Shown here: piece after piece, positions 6,359-15,451 of the stretch
Layout of the letters: every line of letters starts with the position of its first letter
Numbering within the stretch: the first letter of the stretch is position 1
The notes under the pieces: model-generated
Databases searched by the model: none
What the model was told of the DNA's origin: nothing
Seen by the model: only the letters and a program-made list of their open reading frames with translations
IMG/VR virus record: IMGVR_UViG_3300013132_000036
Coordinates: 20,524-84,523 of that record
Length of the DNA: 64,000 bases
Source: a virus
Strand: one strand, 5' to 3'
Translations under genes and position numbers: made by a program

Positions 6359-7963
6359 CTAAAATGTTATTCCTAGTTTAGCTCCCCATTTGTCTGCTAA
6401 AGGACCAAGACAAGAGTACATTGCAGGGTCTGTTTGTAATTCTGGGTGTAAATTAAAGAATGTTGCAAGAGCTGCTGATCCTTCCTCTTCAAGATCTGTT
6501 CTCTCTAACCATTTAGCATAGTTACAAACTTCAGTAGGGGTCAGTTTAATTTCTTTACTTTTTCTAATAACTGCTCCAAATAAAGCGTGAGTGTAATCCG
6601 GTTTATTTCCTTTGTCTGCAGGGATTGGTGCTTTTGCCGGATCAGTATATGGTAAAATAAGTTCTCTAACCGGAATGTCCTTAGCAACCTTATAAAAATT
6701 TAAGAAAGATACAGCAGCATCATTACCTACGTTTTTAGAAAATTCCTTCTTTATAACATCCTCTGGGATATTAGTAATTCCTTTTGCTTCTAAATTTCTA
6801 ATTACTCTTGATAAAGAGTTAGAGGCATCAACCCAAGCCCTAGGGGTAGGGTATTTAGTTTTCTTAGTGGCAGGATCTAAATTATGGAAGAAGTCAGGCT
6901 GGAATTCTAAGAAATCTAAAAGTTCGGGTAAAACAACATTTTTATATCTGCTTCTTTCCACATAAGATCTAAATCCTTTTATGGTAGGCACGAAGTTAAC
7001 TGCTTGAAATCTGTCTCTAAGTGCAGTTCCTAATTCTTTAACAGATTTATCATCCTGCTTTCTGTTACCTGCTGCTACAATATACCATCTTTCTGGAATA
7101 TTATAATTGTTTCCAATTCTTCTTGATTGTGCAAGTTTCATAAATATTTTAATAACCTCCTCTGGCATACGATTTAACTCATCAATAAATATTATTCCAC
7201 CTTTACCATTCCTACCATTATCATAAGGAAGAATATCTATGTTGATATTTGATCTTGTTACTCCCGCACCTGCGTAATTTCTCTCTGGATCTGGCTCTTT
7301 CATAGTTACTACACTAGGTACACCAGCAAAATCAACAGGTTCAGCATTTTCTCCATCTACATTGACTAAAGAAAGCTTATGCCCATATAATTCTTTTCCT
7401 AATTCGTCACAAACCTGTGCTACTATCTGTGTTTTACCAATCCCAGGAGCTCCGTAAATAAAAATAGGCTTAACATCTAGAATTCCCCTGTACATGTCAT
7501 CTAATTCGTCTTCAGTTGCCCCGGCTTTCTTAGCAGCATCCATTTCATCAGCAATTCTGAAGATCTCTCTCATGTTTGTTTTGATGTCCTCCTTTATTTC
7601 CGGTTCGGAGTAATTAGGTACGTCGTCTGAAATAGGATATTCAAGGGGAACTGCATCTTCCCATAAAAAACTTTCACCAAGGGTCTCTGGTTTTTCAAGA
7701 TTACCCATGTTATAGTATTCTGTTCCTTTATAGAAATTATTAACCTGACTTAAAATAGATTCACTCTTAGAATCGTCAAATAAAGCAACCCTCGGGGTTC
7801 CTGTTTTAGGGCCAGAAGATATCAATTTAACTAAACCCGACTTAACCGCATTGTATAGGCCTTTTGCCCATGAAGATATTTTCGATCCTAAATTGGATAA
7901 AAATCCCTCACTCATATATGATTCATTTACGAATTCATCGAAATTATAAATTCTTTTAGCCAT
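6359..7963 (-). CDS. MoxR-type AAA+ ATPase with N-terminal extension
   Basis: Walker A GAPGIGKT, Walker B IIFIDELNR, AAGN, ALRDRF, PTPRAW; N-terminus MAKRIYNFDEFVNES. Confidence 0.9.
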   Translation of the reverse strand: MAKRIYNFDEFVNESYMSEGFLSNLGSKISSWAKGLYNAVKSGLVKLISSGPKTGTPRVALFDDSKSESILSQVNNFYKGTEYYNMGNLEKPETLGESFLWEDAVPLEYPISDDVPNYSEPEIKEDIKTNMREIFRIADEMDAAKKAGATEDELDDMYRGILDVKPIFIYGAPGIGKTQIVAQVCDELGKELYGHKLSLVNVDGENAEPVDFAGVPSVVTMKEPDPERNYAGAGVTRSNINIDILPYDNGRNGKGGIIFIDELNRMPEEVIKIFMKLAQSRRIGNNYNIPERWYIVAAGNRKQDDKSVKELGTALRDRFQAVNFVPTIKGFRSYVERSRYKNVVLPELLDFLEFQPDFFHNLDPATKKTKYPTPRAWVDASNSLSRVIRNLEAKGITNIPEDVIKKEFSKNVGNDAAVSFLNFYKVAKDIPVRELILPYTDPAKAPIPADKGNKPDYTHALFGAVIRKSKEIKLTPTEVCNYAKWLERTDLEEEGSAALATFFNLHPELQTDPAMYSCLGPLADKWGAKLGITF

Positions 7964-7985
7964 TTTTATTCTATTATTTACCTTG

Positions 7986-7993
7986 TATATATC
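7986..7993 (-). promoter_or_regulatory. Candidate late promoter GATATATA
   Basis: 22 nt upstream of the MoxR ATG. Confidence 0.55.
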
Positions 7994-7997
7994 TTTT

Positions 7998-9005
7998 TTA
8001 TATTCTTTTTACGTTCTTGTTGGCAAGAACAATGTCTATTCTTTCACCAAAAGGTTGGGAGTTAGGATAAGGCTCATCATTGAAGGTTAGGAATACCCAA
8101 ATACATCGGTCACCATATTCAGAAATGTCATAGTCATTTTCAGAAGGAAAACCTGCCTCACCGTCAGTAAAGTATATAAAAACTGTGGGTGTTTCACCTT
8201 CCTGATCTATCATGTTTTTTTGAACCCATTTGAATGGGGGCCAAAAATAAGTTCCTCCTCCTCCCGCTATTTTATTATAATCCGGAAGATCTCCTGGCTC
8301 TAATATATCTGGTTCATAAACTTGTGTGTCACAATACAATATAACTGTTTTATTTGGGTTATACTCTTGAGTTATATTCGTAACTTCTCCTAGAAATTGT
8401 TCTATCATTTCTCTTGTAATAGATCCAGAGGTATCTATTGCAACAACTACACTCTGAAAATCTTCCTTATATCTCTTATAGCCATATTGAGCTTTTCCTG
8501 ATCCCAGAAATCTTCTAGAGGGTAATGTATATTTGGATTTAGATATAGCTTGATCTATATACTTTGAAAGTTCTTCTTTCCAATCTATAACAGGTCTTTT
8601 AGTTTTTTGAATTGCTCTCTTTAGCTGAGCCGGGATATTTCCTGCATTAGTACCTGCAATTCTAGTTATATCTTCCCATTCTTCGGCTAATGTTTCACCA
8701 TTAAGTCCGCTGTCTCCTCCGAGATCCCCAAGTTCCCCAGGTCTAAGAATTTCCCCTGGATTATACCCATCCTTGACTTTAGGTCCTCCTCCTCCTGTTT
8801 CGGTCCTTTTAAATTCAGATTCTTCTTCCTTTATTTTACCATCTTTGTCCCTCTCCGGAACTTCCCTATCTGGAACGTCATCTCCCCACTCATCTATATT
8901 TTCTGGCTTAGGTATAGGAAAATCGGGGGGAAAATCTCCGGTTCCGCCTCCGCCGCCTCCTTCTCTAATTTCTTGTATTCTTACGCCTGTTATTTTTGCT
9001 TTCAT
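7998..9005 (-). CDS. vWA domain protein (C-terminal half of a DUF2201-type protein)
   Basis: IDWKEEL, PSRR, MIDAS VVAIDTSGSI, CDTQV, GGGGT.F.PPF, IYFTDG. Confidence 0.88.
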   Translation of the reverse strand: MKAKITGVRIQEIREGGGGGGTGDFPPDFPIPKPENIDEWGDDVPDREVPERDKDGKIKEEESEFKRTETGGGGPKVKDGYNPGEILRPGELGDLGGDSGLNGETLAEEWEDITRIAGTNAGNIPAQLKRAIQKTKRPVIDWKEELSKYIDQAISKSKYTLPSRRFLGSGKAQYGYKRYKEDFQSVVVAIDTSGSITREMIEQFLGEVTNITQEYNPNKTVILYCDTQVYEPDILEPGDLPDYNKIAGGGGTYFWPPFKWVQKNMIDQEGETPTVFIYFTDGEAGFPSENDYDISEYGDRCIWVFLTFNDEPYPNSQPFGERIDIVLANKNVKRI

Positions 9006-9039
9006 ATATTAAATCCTTTTTTTCATAGAACGTATTAAA

Positions 9040-9900
9040 TTAGAAGTCTAATTCTTTTTCTATATCATCTCCTAATATATTTTCACCCTTAGCTTTTCTC
9101 TGTAGATATTCTTTAACCTTATTTTTCGGTATAGGATCATACTCAAGCTCACCTGATGTCTCGTCTATAGACTTAACTATACCATAAGAATCATTATCTT
9201 TATCGTATATAATGTCACCAACTACAGGATCCTTTGGCGGTGGTGGAGGTGGTGGAGGTGTGGTCGGAGGATATCCTTCCTCAGGAACATATCCATTAGA
9301 AAGAAGCTTCTCATATATCCATTCTGCACTCCTGTTTACGAATTCATAATCATAAGGAACATGGCCACATCCAGGATATAATGATCCCTCTACCATTTTT
9401 CCTATCCCTCCTTTAGAAACAGGTTTAGGCTTATCGGAATTTATCGTGCTTGTATCTACGGGTGTTAACAACTGATTAAGTGCATAATCTGCTGCAACGT
9501 TCCATACACCTGCTTTAGTTTTATCCTTAGGACATCTTAAAAAGTGTACCAATGTATTGTGTAAAACCTCATGTGCAATAACCCATATTATCTCCTCATC
9601 TGTACGACCTAGAACAAAATCTGGATCATAGTGTATACTAACACCATCAGTTGCCATTGTTTTATATTCAAGATTTCTGTTTTCTCTGATAATCAATCGA
9701 GATAACATCGATGCAAAAAATGGATATGATCCGTTTAGTAAAAATACACACGCCCTCATTTTTTTCAGAGCTGCGGGATTGTGTGGTGTTTTGTTTCTTT
9801 CGTCTAAATAGATTGCTTCATTTAAACTGTTATACTCTGAATAACCAAATCTAGCATATTCAAAAATTGCAAAATCACTGAAGGATAATATTCTTTTCAT
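9040..9900 (-). CDS. HEXXH metallopeptidase-like protein (DUF2201 N-terminal domain)
   Basis: PFFASML, TMATDG..IHYDPDF, HEVLH...H, WNVAADYALN, SAEWIYE; N-terminus MKRILSFSDF...LNEA; poly-Pro linker then a small beta domain. Confidence 0.88.
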   Translation of the reverse strand: MKRILSFSDFAIFEYARFGYSEYNSLNEAIYLDERNKTPHNPAALKKMRACVFLLNGSYPFFASMLSRLIIRENRNLEYKTMATDGVSIHYDPDFVLGRTDEEIIWVIAHEVLHNTLVHFLRCPKDKTKAGVWNVAADYALNQLLTPVDTSTINSDKPKPVSKGGIGKMVEGSLYPGCGHVPYDYEFVNRSAEWIYEKLLSNGYVPEEGYPPTTPPPPPPPPKDPVVGDIIYDKDNDSYGIVKSIDETSGELEYDPIPKNKVKEYLQRKAKGENILGDDIEKELDF

Positions 9901-9917
9901 TCCTTTGTTTAATTACA

Positions 9918-11927
9918 CTATATATCCTCTTCAGAACCGTTTATTTGTTTGGTAAATTCATTGAAAAGAACTGCTACTGATTTAGGAACTTTACTTTTAA
10001 ATTGTTGAAAATCTCCGTCTTTTATGTAAGTCCTAATATCATTATTATTTGACCATTGAGGAGTTTTATATATTTCTATATCTCCTCCCTCTAAGTCGTA
10101 TTTATTTCTTACCCATTCTCTCTGTAGAATCATGTTTTCAAAATCTCTTTCCCCTATACATACTGACGCAGGGTTAGCATATTTAACAACTGCATTTAGA
10201 GCGTCTTCTAAAAGATTGGACGGTATTATCTGATACCCTGCAAAAAGCTTATTATTCTCCGATGTTAGAGATCCTATTGATTTTCTTATTAAATCTTCAG
10301 AGAATGGATATTTTGATCCAGGCTCACTTCCTGGATGAACCACACAAAGGAAAACAGGTAAATTATTTTCCTTCTTTAATCTGGTACACATTTTTAAATG
10401 CCCATTATTAAAAGGCTGGAATTTCCCGATTACTATATTTACTTTCTGGTTGTTCTCGTTTAATATCTTAATCTTTCTTTTCTCTTTATGTGTAGTTACT
10501 ACTTTTTTAAAATCTTTAAATGAAAAAAATTCGGATGCGTCTTCGCTTTTTTTCTCCTCCTCAGTTATAACCGTAGGCGTTTCTGATTCATTAAGAGAAA
10601 CAGGATCTTCAGAAGAAGATCCCTCTATTATTTCTTCCAGCTCATCTATTTCATCTTCTTCTTCGCTCATTGTTGGATTAAATTTGCTACCTGCTTTTTT
10701 AAACCAAACAAAGCTAGGAACTCCTAAAGATTCCTCTACTAAATCTTTTTTCTTAGCGTTTATATAGCCAGCGATTTCTTCAACTAGCATGTTAAACTGT
10801 TGTATTAGACCTTCTGTGAAAAATCCATGTGGTTTTCTTTTAAGCTTCCTGAAGGAATTAAGAATCATCTGGAGAATGTCTATATAAACTTCATCATCTT
10901 CTATAGACTTTAACACCTCTTCATCGATTATTAAATCCTTGTTTATTTCAAATCCCTCTGATTTTAAATATTCAGGTTTTTGAAAATCAGCGCCTACGTA
11001 TTTTTCTCCCTCCTCATATACAAATCTCTTAAATACATTAAAAACAAAACTGATGTATCTTTCTTCCGGATCGTTTCCTTCAGCTGTGAAATTTTCTACA
11101 CCAGTCTCTAATATGAAATTCATTACATCTATAAGACATAAAGAATAAACATCGCTAGGGAAGTATGAAGTCTGGGTAACTTTTCTACTTTTGTTTATCT
11201 CATGGAAAACTGGATCAACCATTTTTGCTAAAACTGTTTCCTCCTTACCATCTTCATCTTCGAATCTGAAAACAAGAGAATCTATTTCCCCCTGTAGATC
11301 CTTACCAAGGGTTGTTCTTTCTACGTTTTTGTTTAATATAGAAATTAAATAGTTACTAAAGCTAGCAGTTTTAAATTTACTTTTAAGATCCATTAAAGGA
11401 GTTGAAAGGAAATCCATTATCGCTATCTTCTGATCCCTATTAAGTTTACCTTGGAATATAATAGGGGATCTCTCTACTTCTAGCTTATCTGCCCACTCGT
11501 CTAGCTCGTTCTTATCCTGTAAATTTTTAATAACGTCGCCGAATTCATCTCTAACAACAACGTGTGTTAAAACAAGATGATTTTTTGGTACCCTGTCGTA
11601 TTCGATCCTAACAGGTTTTTTATTGGGAAAGTAAACCATTCCAAATCTCCACCCTTTAGGAAGCTGATCAGTGATTTCAAGTGACAATGATTCTATATAA
11701 ATTATAGGCTTTTCGTAATATTTCATTAATATCCTATCAACCTTAGTTATAGGGTTATCTTGATCTTTTTTATAAAAAGATATATTATCTCCAGTAAAAT
11801 CCCTCTCGAAAGAAAAAGAAGGTCCATCTAAATTCTCAGTTACTGTTAAATTTTTATTGAAAAGGCTTTCAATGAAGGACTTTCCTTTTTTCTCGTATAT
11901 GTCCGTTAAGTATTTTATTCCAGCCAT
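9918..11927 (-). CDS. Fusion of an ATP-dependent RNA-ligase-like domain and a cytidylyltransferase-like (HIGH) domain, both degenerate
   Basis: VTENLDG (cf. motif I TEKxDG), PIIFQG, EIDSLVFR, LAKMVD; C-terminal IVIGKFQPFNNGH (cf. GRFQPFHxGH), CIGERD, SNNNDIR; likely start MAGIKYL at 11927 (track 11939). Confidence 0.65.
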   Translation of the reverse strand: MAGIKYLTDIYEKKGKSFIESLFNKNLTVTENLDGPSFSFERDFTGDNISFYKKDQDNPITKVDRILMKYYEKPIIYIESLSLEITDQLPKGWRFGMVYFPNKKPVRIEYDRVPKNHLVLTHVVVRDEFGDVIKNLQDKNELDEWADKLEVERSPIIFQGKLNRDQKIAIMDFLSTPLMDLKSKFKTASFSNYLISILNKNVERTTLGKDLQGEIDSLVFRFEDEDGKEETVLAKMVDPVFHEINKSRKVTQTSYFPSDVYSLCLIDVMNFILETGVENFTAEGNDPEERYISFVFNVFKRFVYEEGEKYVGADFQKPEYLKSEGFEINKDLIIDEEVLKSIEDDEVYIDILQMILNSFRKLKRKPHGFFTEGLIQQFNMLVEEIAGYINAKKKDLVEESLGVPSFVWFKKAGSKFNPTMSEEEDEIDELEEIIEGSSSEDPVSLNESETPTVITEEEKKSEDASEFFSFKDFKKVVTTHKEKRKIKILNENNQKVNIVIGKFQPFNNGHLKMCTRLKKENNLPVFLCVVHPGSEPGSKYPFSEDLIRKSIGSLTSENNKLFAGYQIIPSNLLEDALNAVVKYANPASVCIGERDFENMILQREWVRNKYDLEGGDIEIYKTPQWSNNNDIRTYIKDGDFQQFKSKVPKSVAVLFNEFTKQINGSEEDI
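9919..9926 (-). promoter_or_regulatory. Candidate late promoter GATATATA
   Basis: 18 nt upstream of ATG 9900, overlapping the end of the upstream gene. Confidence 0.55.
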
Positions 11928-12370
11928 TAGTTTAAACAATTAATAATTTTTCTACCTTTTAAATTACAAATTAAAAGATGTCCTATCCTTAAATTTTTCT
12001 TAGGTACAAAATCAGAACTTATTATATATTCCTCTAAAAATTTCATGATGCTGACTACTAAAATCCTAGATCTATAGCTTACTTCCGGATTATTATTTAA
12101 GTCATTTAATATGTCTATATAGTCTTCTAAGGAGCTTTTTTTATCCGGCTTAATCAATGCCTTAAAAATATCCTTTTCAATCGTGTATACAAGCTCTTTT
12201 TCTATAGTAATGCTCCAATTTCCTGTGACGTCTTCTGTTAATATTCCCCTTTCTCCTAAAAACGTCATAAATGAAAAATCGTCGCCATCTGGAGAGACCG
12301 AATGAATCTTACATCCCGTATAGTGCTGTAAAACTGGATAAAGTGCGGTACTTTGTATATGGCTAAGCAT
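11927..12370 (-). CDS. Hypothetical protein
   Basis: 147-aa ORF filling the gap between its neighbours. Confidence 0.6.
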   Translation of the reverse strand: MLSHIQSTALYPVLQHYTGCKIHSVSPDGDDFSFMTFLGERGILTEDVTGNWSITIEKELVYTIEKDIFKALIKPDKKSSLEDYIDILNDLNNNPEVSYRSRILVVSIMKFLEEYIISSDFVPKKNLRIGHLLICNLKGRKIINCLN

Positions 12371-12376
12371 TCTTTA

Positions 12377-13258
12377 TTATTCGTCTTCGTCTTCTTCGTC
12401 CTCGTCGTATTCTTCTTCGTCCTCGTCGTCTTCGATTTCGTCTTCCACTTCATCATCATCTCCTTGAGGAATAGTAGCAGAATACTCGTCATCTTCATCC
12501 TCATCCTCATCTTCATCCTCATCTTCCTCGTAGCTGCCTTCAGTTTCTTCCGGATGACCGTTATGCTCTTCTCCATAGGTATATCCAGAATTTGGATCTT
12601 CGTGTTCTTCCTCCTCTCCCATTTCTTCTTCCTCTTCTATCTCGTTCCAAACAGGTTGCATTTTACAAGTTAGATATTTGCAATAAACATCTCCAGTTTT
12701 TCTGTCTTCGATTGTTACCATTCTAGGCCCGTTTATCTCGTCTAGTTCTATACTTGCAGCAAACATTTTAGACTCTTCTAAATTAGCAAAAGGTCCGAAA
12801 GTGTAAGCTCCTAGATCAGGAGTAGTTTTTACTTTAAGTGGAGAGGACATCATATCTTTACTGTATCTAATCATTTCTCCCCCTTTATCAAAATAAAAAT
12901 CGTCACACATAGTTACGAAATGGTAGTTAGGATCCCCACCATCGCCTACCATCTGCTTAGCCATTTCCATGGTCCTAGACTCATTCATTTTCTTTTTGGC
13001 GAAATCAAATTTAGATCCAGTTGCTTTAGGTTTTATACCCTTCTCTTTTTTATAATCACTCCAAGCTTTAGATAAGCCATCCATGTACTTTTCTTGAGCT
13101 TTTCTATCACCTTGGAATTTTTTATCAAAAGGTCCAGAAACACCATGCTTCTTGTGGTACTTTTTAGAGAACTCAAGGTACATATTTCTTTCATTGACTA
13201 CCTGACTTTCTTTTAGTTCTTGCTTCTTTTTTTCTACTGCTGAAGAGAATTTTTTCAT
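12377..13258 (-). CDS. Protein with basic N-terminus and highly acidic C-terminal tail
   Basis: 293 aa; K-rich first ~90 aa with LKES/VNE/MNES sites; last ~85 aa mostly D/E. Confidence 0.75.
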   Translation of the reverse strand: MKKFSSAVEKKKQELKESQVVNERNMYLEFSKKYHKKHGVSGPFDKKFQGDRKAQEKYMDGLSKAWSDYKKEKGIKPKATGSKFDFAKKKMNESRTMEMAKQMVGDGGDPNYHFVTMCDDFYFDKGGEMIRYSKDMMSSPLKVKTTPDLGAYTFGPFANLEESKMFAASIELDEINGPRMVTIEDRKTGDVYCKYLTCKMQPVWNEIEEEEEMGEEEEHEDPNSGYTYGEEHNGHPEETEGSYEEDEDEDEDEDEDDEYSATIPQGDDDEVEDEIEDDEDEEEYDEDEEDEDE

Positions 13259-13261
13259 TTT

Positions 13262-13870
13262 TTATACATTATTTGTTTGGAATATAGGCTGGGCTGGGTT
13301 TGCCTGATGTTGATAATAGAGATTCACTCTATTTCTAGCTATATCATCTAATACAGGAACTTGTCCCATTACTACGTCACCTCTATTATAAAGATCCCCT
13401 ATGTGATCTGCTAATTGATCCTCCGTTTTTATACTAGGAAGTTCGTTCTGTGCAAAGTCCTCATTTGTATGTCTCATGAATTCTATATCTACTTTCTCAT
13501 CACTAGGAGATTTTTTAGTGAATTCATATTTAGTAGGACCAAATACTCTTTTTAATACATTAGGTACAACAGATAAAGCGCCAAAAAGAATTTCAAATCC
13601 TGTATCAGGTCCCCCGTGGGTTCTCATTGATCTATTTTGTCTTACTTGTTGCTTTCCTATTTCTGCCGCTCTGTTTATTCTATTTTCCATTTTTTGGAAA
13701 AAGTCACGAGTTTTCTGTAGAACAGTAGGATTGCTGCCTAATTCATAATGATTTTTAGCTCTATCTTCATAAGTAGAAGCATTGTTTCCTAAATGCCTCC
13801 TAAAGAAAAGATCTTCACTAGACTCATTAATTTGGCAAAAATCCTTGAAGTTTTTAATTTTATACATCAA
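13262..13870 (-). CDS. Hypothetical protein with capsid-targeting-like N-terminus
   Basis: MYKIKNFKDFCQINES (ATG 13867); GATATATA at 13889-13896. Confidence 0.7.
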   Translation of the reverse strand: MMYKIKNFKDFCQINESSEDLFFRRHLGNNASTYEDRAKNHYELGSNPTVLQKTRDFFQKMENRINRAAEIGKQQVRQNRSMRTHGGPDTGFEILFGALSVVPNVLKRVFGPTKYEFTKKSPSDEKVDIEFMRHTNEDFAQNELPSIKTEDQLADHIGDLYNRGDVVMGQVPVLDDIARNRVNLYYQHQANPAQPIFQTNNV

Positions 13871-13888
13871 AGTGCTTTATTTCTACTC

Positions 13889-13896
13889 TATATATC
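13889..13896 (-). promoter_or_regulatory. Candidate late promoter GATATATA
   Basis: Intergenic, at the boundary of the replication block and the accessory island. Confidence 0.55.
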
Positions 13897-13903
13897 CTAT
13901 TTC

Positions 13904-15451
13904 CTAAATTTTGACGTTATATATTTTGTAATCGAAATGCTCCCTCTTATAAATCTCTATTCTTTCCTTGGAGTGCTTAAGCAAATAATTCTCTTTTCCT
14001 TCCCAAGCAAAATCATCTACAAAATCTATTATATTAACTTTCTCCTTCCCTTCGAACAATCTCATACCCCTTCCCAAACTCTGTTTTATAAGTACCTCAG
14101 ATTTATAGGACTCGGTTAAGAATATATTGTGGATGTTTTTTACGGAGATCCCAGTAGACATTGTTCCGAAAGAAGCTACCATTATTTTATTAACTCCCTC
14201 CTCCATTCTTTTGGTGAATATATCTCTCTTGTCAGGCTCTGTATCTCCATCTATATAGTACGCTTCCCTATCGTTGCTTCTTTCCCTTATTCCATCATAT
14301 ATTTTCTTACCGTATCCTTCTCCAACAGATTGGAAAAGTATTAATGAGTTCTTTGATGTTTTGAGAACAAAATCTATTATATAGTTAAGCCTTTTCTCTG
14401 AACCGACAACAAGTTTTCTTTCCAGATTAAAGATCTCATTACCTTCCATTTCAGTTTTGTTCTCTTTAAGGGAGGATAATTTTTCTTTTATCTCGTCATC
14501 CATCCAATCCATTTTTACTATCTTAATAGAGACGGGGGTAGCATATTTGTTATCAAATAAAAACTTGGGTGATATCTCCATTATTAAAGGTCCGAGAAAT
14601 TGCTGTATGGTTAGATATTCAGCAGTGTTTTTGTTTGCTAATGTTCCAGACAATCCAAATCTCCATTTAGAATCCTTACAAACTGCTACAACTTTTTTTA
14701 TAGAAGCACTTTGAGCTTGGTGACACTCGTCAACAAAAACAGCTTCGATGTCGTTAAAAAATTCAGGATCCATTTTCACCAATGATTGATATGTTCCTAT
14801 CATTAGTCCGCCTGATATTTTTTTCTTATTCGCACCGTGTATTTGTTGAATCTCGCAATCTTCTAATTTCTCTAATCCATATTCTTCGAAATCTTCAGCA
14901 CCTTGTATAACAAGGTTTGTATTGGGAACTATCATAAGGAATTTCTTAACCTTCATTACTTCCTTAAGATATGACATAACCATAAAAGCAATAAGAGTTT
15001 TTCCTGAGCTTGTAGCAACCTCAGAAACAGAGAGTTTAAATTTTATAATCTTCCATGCTGTTTCTATCTGGTAGTCTCTTGGCATCTTGTTAGGATCACC
15101 ACCTACGCCATCTTTAAAAAATTCATTGATCCATTCGGTATAAGATTCAAGAGTGAAAGATTGATCTATTAATCTTTCTAATCCCTCTATTTTTACTTCG
15201 ATCTTATATTTTTCACAGATCTGATATACCTCAGACCATAGACCTATAGGTATTCGCCAAACGGGTAATTTTTTATCAACAAAACAGATTGAACCATCCC
15301 AGTGTTTTTTCTTAACGAGCGGATGGAAAAAGTGGTTGTGTATCTTTTTAGTTAAAGAAATATCAATTTGTTTTCTTTCAAATTCCTCATTATAATCTAC
15401 TAAGCTTAACCAGTTATTATCTTCACTTACCCTAAATATTAACATTATCAA
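13904..15451 (-). CDS. uvsW: SF2 DNA helicase, T4 UvsW-like
   Basis: WDGSICF, PRDYQ, ATSSGKT, DECH, GLSGT, STGISVKNIHNI, QSLGRGMR, DFVDD. Confidence 0.92.
   Translation of the reverse strand: MIMLIFRVSEDNNWLSLVDYNEEFERKQIDISLTKKIHNHFFHPLVKKKHWDGSICFVDKKLPVWRIPIGLWSEVYQICEKYKIEVKIEGLERLIDQSFTLESYTEWINEFFKDGVGGDPNKMPRDYQIETAWKIIKFKLSVSEVATSSGKTLIAFMVMSYLKEVMKVKKFLMIVPNTNLVIQGAEDFEEYGLEKLEDCEIQQIHGANKKKISGGLMIGTYQSLVKMDPEFFNDIEAVFVDECHQAQSASIKKVVAVCKDSKWRFGLSGTLANKNTAEYLTIQQFLGPLIMEISPKFLFDNKYATPVSIKIVKMDWMDDEIKEKLSSLKENKTEMEGNEIFNLERKLVVGSEKRLNYIIDFVLKTSKNSLILFQSVGEGYGKKIYDGIRERSNDREAYYIDGDTEPDKRDIFTKRMEEGVNKIMVASFGTMSTGISVKNIHNIFLTESYKSEVLIKQSLGRGMRLFEGKEKVNIIDFVDDFAWEGKENYLLKHSKERIEIYKREHFDYKIYNVKI

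Noticed and set aside
12265-12673. ORFs 12265-12576(-) and 12353-12673(+), the latter looking like a membrane protein
   Set aside because: Alternate-frame and antisense shadows of the GAA/GAT-rich acidic tail of 12377-13258
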